Source of the DNA: Phyllosticta citribraziliensis
Lineage: Eukaryota
Assembly: GCF_038025025.1 (NCBI RefSeq)
Contig: NW_027117338.1
Coordinates: forward strand, 2,914,001 to 2,978,000
Reading direction: 5' to 3'
DNA: 64,000 nt
The position numbers and the translations under genes are program-made. This document shows, piece after piece, positions 13,263-23,825 of the stretch (position 1 is its first letter; the number at the start of each line of letters is the position of its first letter). The notes under the pieces are model-generated. The model was not told the origin of the DNA. It did no database searches and was given only the letters and a program-made list of their open reading frames with translations.

Positions 13263-14767
13263 TCAGACACCAGTGCCTGGAAAGGCGCCTGCCTTGCTCA
13301 GCACGATTTTACCATGCTCGCGGGATATGTATCCCTTCATCAAGTTCTGCCAGCCATCGGTCACGTCAGCCTGCAAAATGGTAGGTACGATGGGCCAACG
13401 GCAAACTGACCTTGTAAATCATGTTTGCCAGAAGGCACTCCACCTCGTCGTTGTCGATTGATTCGCCCTCGCGACAGTGCATGCTCAGGTTGAGCGCGGC
13501 GCCAAACTCGGCGATCGGTATCCTCGTTCGCCGAACTTGATTCTGATCTGACTGGCCGTCTTTGGGTGGTTCATAGCCACCGGCGATAAACACCTTGCGG
13601 AAGAGGTTTCTCAGAACAATGTCCCGGCCCCTTTCCAGGGTCAGGTAGATGCGGCGCTTGACAAACTCTTCTTCCCCTGCAGCCAAAGCAGAATCGAATC
13701 CAGCGAGGTCGCCTTTCTTGATGCAAGTGGCTAGGGGGACGAACAATCGTTGCAACCTTGGAAATGGGGCCAACAAAAATGTCGAGGGAAGAGTGTGAGT
13801 ATTGAGGAGATGGCAGGGGATCAGATAGGTCAGAATCAGCTCGCAGTTCTTCTTGGCATCTTTGTGACAGAGCTTCCATGCCTCGGTCAGATGCTCTTCC
13901 GCTTGCTGATAGTCTTCTTCCAAAAAGCTCAAAACTCCACTGTAGTATTTGAATGTGACCTGGTGGGCTTTGGGAAAGGCTTCAAAGGGTGGCATGTCGT
14001 TCCTGGTGGCATGAAGCGATCGGAGGACGTTTTTCGACAAAGCGACAGCATTGAGCTTGAAGTATGTCTTGAACAGCATGTTGGCAATGTAGTAAAGAGC
14101 CCACTTGCGAGAATCTTCAAGCGGCTCACTGGACTCAAAAATTAGTACAATGTATCATTACCTTGGCCCACAGGGCCGCGTACCGATCACTGATGCAAAG
14201 ACTGAAGATTCGATTGATTTGTCTTGCAGCATCCTCAAGCTTGTCATTTTTGCCAAAAGCTCCTGCAATGTCATCCTGAAGTCCGGCACTGAACGATGGC
14301 TTGGTTTTCGCCTTTGCTGCCGCTTCATCGGCCTTGATGGCGAAGATGCGGAGGTAACTGGAGGCGACATAGAGACACGGGATTGACCAAGCAGGGAAAT
14401 GGTTTGCAGAGTAGCCCTTGATGAGAGCATTGACCAGATCTTTCCACGCGTCGTACACCTTGGCCCAGTCCGCATCTCTTTTCTGAAAGGTTGTTTCCTC
14501 GGCGGCAAGAATCTCGCCGATGGCCTTCCAGTATGCTACGAAGACCTCGGTCCAGGCGCTAGCTTCTGCCTTGGGCATGTGCAGTGCATGGTTGGAGGCG
14601 AGGCGGTGGCGGACGTCGGACTGGACACTGAAGGCGTTGGTGCTGCGGTAGAAGGCGTAGAGGAGACCAGCATCTTGCTTGGGCGGGACGGGCGTGATGG
14701 TTGAAGCGAGAGCGTAGCCATCGCCACCGGCTCGAGCACGCCTGAAGGAGTCGATGAGAGCGTCCAT
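13263..14767 (-). CDS. CSN12: PCI-domain protein, CSN12/PCID2(Thp1)-like; exons 14767-14184, 14128-13411, 13346-13263
   Basis: [80 protein letters not shown] match the family. Canonical introns. Confidence 0.88.
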
Positions 14768-15096
14768 TCTGAAGTGCAGAGGCTACCTATGCAGGGAGCA
14801 TGGCGAAGAAGAGTGTTGGATGGTGAGCTTTGGGTGACGTTGGGTGTTGCGGCAGGTCCAGGTCCCAGTCCCCGTCCCTTGTCGCGCCGGCTGTGGTTGC
14901 CCCTAGCGCGGAAGCTAAGCGAGGGCCGCACACCCACCACCACCGAAAGCCGCCCGTCCAAAAGTCCTCTTTCTTCTGCGACAAGACGACGACGAGGTCC
15001 GACAGCAGAACTCCACCACCGACCAGCCGCAGCTAATCAAGGTCACGACCATCTCCTCCCCATCTGCGCAAGGCTCTGAAGCTAACTCTTGCGTAG

Positions 15097-16033
15097 ATGG
15101 GTATGTACTATTCCTGGTTTTTTTCGCCTTCCACCACACCATCATCCACGACGTCAACCACCCCGAATACGCACGCATCACATCGACAACTCCCTCGGGC
15201 GCGCCGTCTCGATCGATTGTTTCTGAGCACGGGAAGGCGAGGGTGCAGTTGGATCCGAGGGACCGAAAGTGCCATCGTTTGCGAAATCCGTTCGACTCTG
15301 ACGCCCTGGATCTCACGCCGAAACTCCCGATACTGGACTCCTTTGCAAAACAGCGTGTCGCGACACATTTGAAGAATTGGAACTGACGGCATGTTGCAGG
15401 TCGTCTTCAGGAGTACCAGGTCATTGGTCGCCACCTCCCGTCGGAGGCCAACCCGACCCCCAAGCTTTACCGCATGCGCATCTTTGCTCCCAACGATGTC
15501 GTTGCGAAGTCGCGCTTCTGGTACTTCCTTGGCAAGCTCCGCAAGATCAAGAAGGCCAACGGCGAGATTGTCTCCCTGAACCAGGTGGGTTGAGCCGGCC
15601 GCTGGCTGTCTGAGCGACTTTTCAACTAACTCGCCTGCAAGATCGCCGAGGCGCGCCCCGAGAAGGTCAAGAACTTTGGCATCTGGATCCGCTACGACTC
15701 GAGGTCCGGCACCCACAACATGTACAAGGAGTACCGCGAGATGTCCCGCACCGACGCCGTTGAGGCCCTGTACCAGGACATGGCCGCCAGGCACCGTGCC
15801 CGTTTCCGGTCGATCCACGTACGTTACGAAAGATCCATCGCACCCAGACGCTTCTCTCTAATCCAGCTCCACAGATCCTCAAGGTCGTCGAGGTCGAGAA
15901 GGCCGACAACATCCGCCGCCCCTACATCAAGCAGCTCCTCACCAAGGACCTCAAGTTCCCTCTTCCCCACCGTGTCAACAAGAGCAACACCAAGAAGATC
16001 TTCGCGGCAAACAGGCCCTCCACTTTCTTCTAA
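15097..16033 (+). CDS. RPL20: 60S ribosomal protein L20 (eL20/L18a); exons 15097-15100, 15400-15584, 15642-15818, 15875-16033
   Basis: Spliced product [45 protein letters not shown]...[23 protein letters not shown]...RPSTFF*. Strongly C-ending codon bias. Confidence 0.97.
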
Positions 16034-16232
16034 GCGTTTTCATGGTCGCGGGGGTGCGTGTGGGAGTCTCACTTCGGGGTTACGGACATTATGGGCACAA
16101 GGCTGTAGCTACAAAATCATGGCGGTAGCTCCAAAAATGAATGAAAGCCCAACGACAGAGGTAAAGATGAAGAGTTCTCAATCGAATCCAGTCGTCGTCA
16201 CTGTTTATTGTCCCAGAGATCGTGTCACACTA

Positions 16233-17281
16233 TCAAAGCTTGGACCTGCCGATTGGCGCCTCCACCGTCTTCTTGGTCTCGACTGGAGTCCACCAAGGAT
16301 ACGCTCCGGGGGCATTCGCTTCCAGCGTGTCCGTAAACTTTGGCGGCCTTTTTTCCAGAAAAGAATTGACGCCTTCCTTGTGATCGCTGCAATTATTTAG
16401 TATCCGGCTTCTCTCGGTTCTTGCGGAAACATACTTGCTGCTGAACAACTCGTTGATAATTTTCGACTCCAAGAGATGCTGCTCCTCAGCACTCCCCTTG
16501 TCCCGCCACATCAAATCCCTGATCAGCGCGATGCTCACAGTGCTGGTATTCTTGGCCACCTCATCGGCGAGCTCCAAGGCTCTCCTCTTGACATCCTCGC
16601 GCCGCTCACACGTCTCGCTGAACAGCGGGCCCCAGATCTTGTCGTCAGCGCGGTAAGTAGCTCCCGTCGTCGTCGTATGCAAGGCACGCGCAAAGCCGAT
16701 GAGCCGGGGCAAAAAAAACGACGAGCAGGCCTCCGTGATGATACCGCGCCGGGAGAAAACAAAGCCCACCTTTGCCGGTGCGTACGCGACACGGATGGCC
16801 ATGGGGAGCGTCATGGTGATGCCGATGCCTACGGCTGCTCCTTGGAGCGCGCCAATGACGGGCTTTCGACAGCGGTGGATTGCGAGAACTACACGGCCGC
16901 CGCTGGTGGAGACGCGCAGCAGTCAGTACGTTGAGAAGGAAGGAAGGGAGATGGGGAGCTGTCGTACCCATCCCTGTGGTCATTCACCCTCTCTGCGACG
17001 TCGCCAAATCCCTGTTCCAAATCTGCTCCTGCGCAGAATATGTTGCCATGACCTGTGACGACGATACATCTGACTCGGTCGTCCAGGTCAAAGAGTGGGA
17101 ACACTTGCTCCAACTCTTCCTGCATGGTTACTGTAAAAGCATTGTTCTTTCCCGGCCGATACAGTGTTACAATGATGACTGGAGTAGCTGTCGGCGAGTT
17201 CTCAGGATGATGCGACAGCTTTATTTCCTTGGTTGGGAGCGAGGCGTAGGAATCCGGTATGTTTACTTTAGATGTCGACAT
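16233..17281 (-). CDS. Enoyl-CoA hydratase/isomerase (crotonase family), predicted peroxisomal; exons 17281-16968, 16902-16435, 16386-16233
   Basis: [49 protein letters not shown]. Ends in RSKL, a canonical PTS1. Confidence 0.92.
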
Positions 17282-17730
17282 GATGTACGGAGTACGGCTT
17301 AGCTGAACAGTAGGTGAGTTGACTATTTCAAGAGCTTCCTTTCAGCTAGCAGTTCAGAGACTGGATAAGTAGGTGAAGAGAGTCGGTCAATGTTTATGTT
17401 GCCACAGCCGAGGTGGAGGATCTTGCCCGCTTTTGCTTGGCCAATATTCCCCGCGACTCGTGGTTACTCCAAGCCGCTGCACATGTTTGGTCTCCACATC
17501 AATACACCAATTCTTAGTAACCATCAATGGCAAGTATTCAAATCAATGGCCTTCAATTTTGTACAAACAAGAAGAAGTAGAAGCTAATGAGCATAACTCT
17601 AACCACTGAAAGGGAAATGGAAAGAAAAAATGGAGAGAGAAAAAATCCGAGCAAAGCCGCCTATCAACACCGCCGATCTATATTGTCGTCAAATCGTGCA
17701 CCCAAGGTATCCACCCAGACTCGGTCGTAT

Positions 17731-19032
17731 TTACGCAATAGATGACTGCTCGCTCGGCGTGTCGACCAGGAAGTCATCATCGCCCAAGGGAGTTCCATCC
17801 AAACGCGTGATGACGATCCAAAGAATCCGGTTGGCAATGCGCTCCTCCTTCTTGTCCGCCTTTTTCATCTTGCCCTCTCCGGCACGGCGGATCTCATCCA
17901 TCAGCGCATCTCGTCTCGCCAAGCCCGCAGCCAGCTCGTGGTCAATCTGCCTGTCTCCAATCGCCGCCGCCGCCGCTTGCGCTGGTTGCTGCGCCGGCGG
18001 CCTGCCCTTGTGGTTCTCGAGGAGTTGCATCTCGACCAACTCTTGGGCATGAGCCAGTCGCTCCAACTCCTGCACCTCAGCATTTACTTCCGCCAGTTCT
18101 CCTGCAAGCTCGTTGGCTCTTTCTTGCTGCTTTTTCATGCCCTTGCCGCGGACCTTGTCCAGGCCTCTGATGTTCTTGCTGTTCAACCAGCGCCCAGGTC
18201 CGCCCGCCTTGCGCTTCAACCACTGGTCGGGCAGCTCCTCCGCCGGCACATTGAACGTGATTGGCGAGACGTACTCCTCCAGCGCGCGCAGCCGTCGCAT
18301 GCGCGGGTCCTCGGGCACCTGGCCCGGCTGCCGCTGGCCCATCGGATCCAAATCGTTGACGTCGTCGAGCGGCGGGAGCTTGAGCTTCGTCTCCGCCGCG
18401 CCCACAGCCTGCATCATCTTCTTCGTCTCCATGATCTTGACGGCCAGGCCGCGCGGCTTGAATACGGTCTCGTTGGCGTTCTTGAGGTATTTGCGTGCGC
18501 GCACCACGGTGACGGCTGCGGATGCGAGCGCAGAGATGGCTTGCACGGCGCCGCCGGCCGCTTGGACGGGCAGCAGCGGTGCCGCCATGACGAATCCACC
18601 TGACACAAAGCTGGCTTGGAAGAATGGGTGCATCATGTATGCCCCGTTGAGGCCGTCGATGAAGGCGAGGAATTCGTCTTGCGAGATGGGTTCCGGGAGC
18701 TGGGCAAGAGCAGGCGAGTATGCCCGCGCGAACGGGGAAAAGGAGCGGATGTAGAACATGTTGGTGGTTTCTGGTAAGTTTGTCAGCTATGTGTCTTCTT
18801 TGCAGTACTTCTTGAACTTACGCGGTACGACAATGGGCTTCTGGAGAGGACGAGGTGGGCCCAACGGAGGAGAGACCTCTCCGTACATTGGCGCTGCTGC
18901 TAAGACTAACTCATTGTTGTGTGCGCTTTGAATCTGCTCTGAAAAGTATCCAGGAGGGGAGTAACGGGGCGGCGGGTAGTGCGGAGTCTCTTGTTGTTGA
19001 TCCATAGTCATCGGGGGTGAACCGGCAGACAT
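17731..19032 (-). CDS. Conserved fungal hypothetical protein; exons 19032-18822, 18770-17731
   Basis: KPIVVPQ...PFARAYSPAL...ISQDEFLAFIDGLN...YLKNANETVFKPRGL...ILWIVI resembles a widespread fungal family of unknown function. The intron GTAAGT..CAG joins two ORFs in frame. Coiled-coil-like C-terminal part. Confidence 0.75.
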
Positions 19033-19849
19033 CTTGCTCGGGTCCTGTTGAAACTGGGGAATTGTTTGGGAGTTATCGATGAGTCTCGAGTGTCAATGTC
19101 GTGGTTTGGCTACTCTATGTTCACCAACAACAATATTTATCTTTGGTGTTGCCTAGTGCAAACGCTCATTCGGCGCCCATCATGTCAATCAATTGGGGAG
19201 AAGGCTGGGTTTTCACATTGCTGCCTGGCACGAGAATTGGCTGATTGAGCTGGCCTAGAAACTTTTGGCGCTGGTCTGCCTTTTTTGAATGGTAGATGCT
19301 GGCTGGAAGACGGCGGATGTGACGGCTGGCTCCCGAATACGAGCGCCTCCCACCACGCTCGCAATGCGAATCCGACTCTATTCCTCGGGTTTCTCGGGTT
19401 TCTCGCACAGCCGTACAGCTAGTAGGGTTGGCATTGTTGTTGCCTGCAAGTATGTGCTGTTGGACGGAGAGACTTTCTGAATTCGACAACACATTTGACC
19501 AAGCGATACAGCCGCCCAATTTCGCTGGTGTGCAACCGCTCTCACGATCACACAACACTGCTGCTCTCTTCCCCAAAGAGACAATAGAATTATGCTGCCT
19601 GCAATGACCATCCAAGGCACCTGGACGCTCGTTCGTACTTTGTTCTTGAGGATGCCTGAACGCTTCAGGCAGATCAGTCTTTCAGGAAGCAGACGAAAAC
19701 TCCCTGATTCGGGGTCTTTGCATAGAGTGTATGACCGCTCCAAGACCATTTTTAGGCGGGCAGATGGAAGCTTTTTGATACCCTTCCCTTGAAAGAAAAG
19801 CACAAGTGCTTCCTAACACCATGTCTTCGGATAAAGCACTCGACTTCCC

Positions 19850-21687
19850 CTAAGATCCCCACAACACCTTCTTGCCCGAAGCCTCCTGCAACGGCGTCCA
19901 CTTAACGCTCTGCACCTTCTTGCGTGCCCATTCGATCGAGTCAAACTGGATTTTGGGGCACTTCACCAGATTGAGCTCCTCTAACTGCTCAAGACCATTC
20001 ACCAGCTGTTTGATTCCCCAGCCGGTAAGATGATAGAAACCTTCCATTCTGAGACGTCGGAGATGTGGCAAATGACCAAGAACAAGTGCGCAGATCTGTC
20101 CTTCACCTGCTTCTGGAATGTCGACCATGTCAATTTCCTCCAGCTCTGCCAACCTAGGAGTGGAGAGGAGTGTCTTCCATTGCGTAAGACTTGGGGAGGG
20201 TTTGAGGGCGAGTCGGCGGAGAGGAGTATGGTGTTGCAACAGCGCAGGTAGGAACAAGTTCGGGTTTTCGTGCATGTCCTCTGTCCATTCATGGATCTTC
20301 AAAGAGAGAGACTCGAGATGAGGAAGGGCTGTCATCCCTTGAGAGATGAACTCCGGTTCCCCGCTCGATATGTGGAGGTTACGGATGCTCCCTGGAAGTT
20401 TGGGCGGAAGAGCAGCGAAATCAGACCCTCGAAGATCAAGAGTTTCCAATTGGAGTAGGTGGGAGCAGTCCAAATCAATGGCTAACGCGAGATGAAAATT
20501 GGTAAACGCAAGAGTCCGGATGTTAGGTATCCTCTTGAGTAGTTCACGCTTAAAAGCATTGATTAGCTGTGGACAGGAAATTTTCGCAGAGAGCTTACCG
20601 GTCCAATCTTGGTAATCATCATCCCCCGATCGGATGCTCTGAAATCGTCGACGCAGTTGAGCCTTAGGTGCTGCAGATTAGGGTATTGTCTCTGCCAGTC
20701 AATTGCTTCTCTTCGAGTCTCTAGGCATTGAATATTCAAAATTGTGAGTGTGGGAGCTTGGTTTAAAATTTCCTCAAAAACACCAGGCGTGACAACGGCG
20801 CTGGTGATAGATAGGGATTGGAGAGTTTTGAATGCCATCAGAGGGTGTGTGATAGAAGATCCAGCAATGTCTGGATGCAGCAGTAACAACGAGGAGATCT
20901 GGCACTGGCGGCCCAGTTCCCAAAGAGACTGGTGTCTGCTTAGGCGGTTCAGTTTTGCGGTATGTATGCGACCATTCGACCACTTGATGTACTTGGAGAT
21001 GCAATTTCGGGAGACTGGACGACGTGAAGACGACAAGTCCAGATCAGTCCAAAGGCGGTAGTTGCTAGTAAGATAGCTCTGCCATTTCTTGGATACGAGA
21101 AGCAGATTGCTGCGGTCACGTTAGTCTGGCGGCGCCAACTGATTCATTGGCATGGAGGTCCTCACACTCTACACCGAAAGTCCAAATGGCTCATGATCTC
21201 ATCCAGCATTTCATATGGAAGGACATTGACGGGATCTACGCTGTTGGTTGCGCGTTCTTGACATTCGAGACGATTGTATTGCTTCCGCAGTGTCTTGACC
21301 TCATGTTAGCAGTGCTGGGTCGATACGCGAAGAGAGACATGCATCGTATCCGTCGGCAGTCGGGCGACAGCGCTGCAATCCTTTGGCGAAAATCTTGGTG
21401 GCCAAGGCACTCTTTTGCAGCAGTTGAAGTGCCTGACCCATTCGTAGGTAGGTGCGCACATCGCCAGCGTTGACCTTGCTCATCTTTTTCGTGAGCGCGA
21501 GCGCGGAATTGTAGTCTCTCGTCCTGAGATAGCATGCGGCGGCTTTGTCCAAAGGTGTGACATCGTTCAGGTCGTTGGAAGACTCAAAAGCCTCAAGATA
21601 GGCCGTAATCGCTCGTTGAAATTCGCGATCCTGGAAGTAGATGTCACCTTGGGCTAGGAGCTCAGAAGACGACTTTTCGTGAGGCAT
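19850..21687 (-). CDS. TPR / F-box / leucine-rich-repeat protein (Pof3/Dia2-like); exons 21687-21343, 21293-21166, 21109-20599, 20548-19850
   Basis: N-terminal TPRs (GDIYFQDREFQRAITAYLEA; YLRMGQAL), F-box DPVNVLPYEMLDEIMSHLDFR..VSKKW, and LRRs (LETLDLRGS, LEELNLVKC). Intron 1 requires a GC donor. Confidence 0.85.
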
Positions 21688-21840
21688 GACGGCGGTGGTT
21701 GGCTGCAGCGTCGCGGTTGACGCGTTGTCGAGGTGGAGGACGCGCCGCCCGGGGTGTGGGGCCTGTGGCCCGAGCTTCCAGCGTCAGTCGGCGAATCTCT
21801 GCAGCTCCCCTGCGCATCTCGACTCTCCACCTCACCCAAA

Positions 21841-23613
21841 ATGTCCAGCATCGACGACCTCTTCAAGAAGCCTCACCTGCCCTCCAACAAGCGGAAACTC
21901 GAGCCCATCACGGAGCCTTCCCAAGCATACAAATCCGCCAAGCTAGCGCCCAACGGAGACGCCAAAGGAAAAGGGCGAGCCACCGTCGAAGGCGCCGACG
22001 ACAACGAAGACGACGTTGAGGCCGGGCCTGAGCTGCCTCCAGAAGATGAGGTCGATTTTGGCGATGACGACGAGGAAGGCCGCTTCTTTGGCGGCGGAAT
22101 GGACGAAAAGACGGCCAGCGCCATGAGCTACGTCGACAAGGTCGAAGAAGCTGGCGCCGCACCTGAAACAATCGACAGCAGCTGGTTACGGAAGCTGGCG
22201 CTGAATTTTGAGAAGAGGATATCCAAGAATGCCGAATTGAGGGCCAAATTCGAAGACGAACCCCAAAAGTTCATGGGATCAGAAGCAGATCTGGACGCTG
22301 ACATCAAATCACTGAGCGTGCTCTCGGAGCATCCAGAACTGTACGGCGAGTTTGCAAAGCTGGGATGTGCCGGAAGCCTGGTCAGCTTGTTGGCGCATGA
22401 GAATACAGACATTGCCATCGACGCTATTGAAATCATTTCAGAGTTGACAGATGAGGACGTGCAAGCCGAGCAAGAGCAGTGGGACGCGCTAGTCAACGGC
22501 ATGCTGGAAGCTGACCTATTATCGCTGCTCGTTTCCAACATTGAACGCCTTGACGAAGCGAACGAGGTGGATCGAAACGGCGTCTACCATTCACTGTCCG
22601 TCGTTGAGAATCTGTCGTCGAATCCTTCTACGATCGAAGTTTTGGGAAAGGAAGACTCGCTGCTCAAGTGGCTGCTCCGGAGAATTCAAAAAAAGGAAAA
22701 CCCTGTATCTCAAAATAAACAGTATGCAGCCGAAGACCTTGCCATTCTCGTGCAGACATCGGCGCCGAATCGCCTCGCCCTTATCAACCTCGATGCCATC
22801 GACATAATCCTCCAGCTTCTCGCTGCCTACCGCAAACGGGACCCGCCAAAGGACACGGAAGAGGAGGAATTTGCTGAAAACCTCTTTGACTTTCTGGCAT
22901 GCCTTGTTGACGAACCCGCTGGAAAAGAAAAGTTTGTCGAGGCCGAGGGCATTGAGCTTTGTCTAATCATGCTCCGCGACGCCAAGTTCGCCAAACCAAG
23001 GGCTTTGAGATTGTTGGATCATGCGCTGTCGGGATCGCCAGCGGGTGCGGCACCGGTCTGCGAAAGATTGGTAGAAGCAGCGGGGCTCAAGACAATCTTC
23101 AGCATGTTCATGAAGAAGAATGATGGCGCCAATACCGAGCACCTCATCGGCATACTCGCCGCGCTCCTGCGATCCCTTCCTGGCGAGAGTGCAGGGCGCA
23201 TCCGCACCCTGGCCAAGTTTGTTGAGAGGGACTACGAGAAAATTGGTCGACTGATCCAAGTTCGACGCGATTACTCCTCGCGTCTGCGGCTGGTGGATCA
23301 GGCTATCCAGCGGGAGAAAGACGCCCTTCGTCCAGAAGCCAGGGAGGAGCTCGAAGATGAGTGGTTCTCAAGGAGAATGGAAGGCGGTCTATTCTGCCTA
23401 CAAACAATCGACGTTATCCTCTCATGGCTTGTAGCAGAAGATGGTGGGGCAAAGAAGCGCATCGTGGAGCTTTTGGCCGACCGAGACGAGACCCTCGCCG
23501 ACATTCACGCAACGCTCAAAGAGCAATTTGAGGGCATAACTGGTGATGACTTGGGTGAGGGGGAGCTGATGTTGAAGGACATGCTAAGTACCTTGATTGG
23601 TTTCTTGGAATAG
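21841..23613 (+). CDS. CTNNBL1: Beta-catenin-like protein 1 (CTNNBL1, Prp19 complex-associated), intronless
   Basis: FEKRISKNAELRAKFEDEPQKFMGSEADLD, LLAHENTDIA, ELTDED, NKQYAAEDLAILVQ, AYRKRDP, FVEAEGIEL. First ATG is at 21841. Confidence 0.93.
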   Translation: MSSIDDLFKKPHLPSNKRKLEPITEPSQAYKSAKLAPNGDAKGKGRATVEGADDNEDDVEAGPELPPEDEVDFGDDDEEGRFFGGGMDEKTASAMSYVDKVEEAGAAPETIDSSWLRKLALNFEKRISKNAELRAKFEDEPQKFMGSEADLDADIKSLSVLSEHPELYGEFAKLGCAGSLVSLLAHENTDIAIDAIEIISELTDEDVQAEQEQWDALVNGMLEADLLSLLVSNIERLDEANEVDRNGVYHSLSVVENLSSNPSTIEVLGKEDSLLKWLLRRIQKKENPVSQNKQYAAEDLAILVQTSAPNRLALINLDAIDIILQLLAAYRKRDPPKDTEEEEFAENLFDFLACLVDEPAGKEKFVEAEGIELCLIMLRDAKFAKPRALRLLDHALSGSPAGAAPVCERLVEAAGLKTIFSMFMKKNDGANTEHLIGILAALLRSLPGESAGRIRTLAKFVERDYEKIGRLIQVRRDYSSRLRLVDQAIQREKDALRPEAREELEDEWFSRRMEGGLFCLQTIDVILSWLVAEDGGAKKRIVELLADRDETLADIHATLKEQFEGITGDDLGEGELMLKDMLSTLIGFLE

Positions 23614-23782
23614 TTGACACATCAATGGCATCTTGAACCAAGGAAAGCTTCCGCATCCACAAATGTGAATGTATCGATGTCACAAGACAATGGCCGTTCC
23701 TGGCTCAACGTCCACCACCAACGGCTATATCACTGGCTTTTCCCCCCCACATCTCTTTTCGAGATTTCTCCCTACTTTTTAT

Positions 23783-23791
23783 TCTTATAAG
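23783..23791 (+). promoter_or_regulatory. Putative TATA element (TATAA) within a pyrimidine-rich core promoter of the His-rich secreted gene
   Basis: ttcttataag about 40 nt upstream of ATG 23826, preceded by a CT-rich tract. Confidence 0.4.
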
Positions 23792-23825
23792 CATCCTAGT
23801 CGATTGCCCGGCCGGGAAACACTTG

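Noticed and set aside
21733..21840. GTG-initiated N-terminal extensions in the ORF track (also 54973-55188)
   Set aside because: Bacterial-style start calls. Family similarity begins at the downstream ATG.
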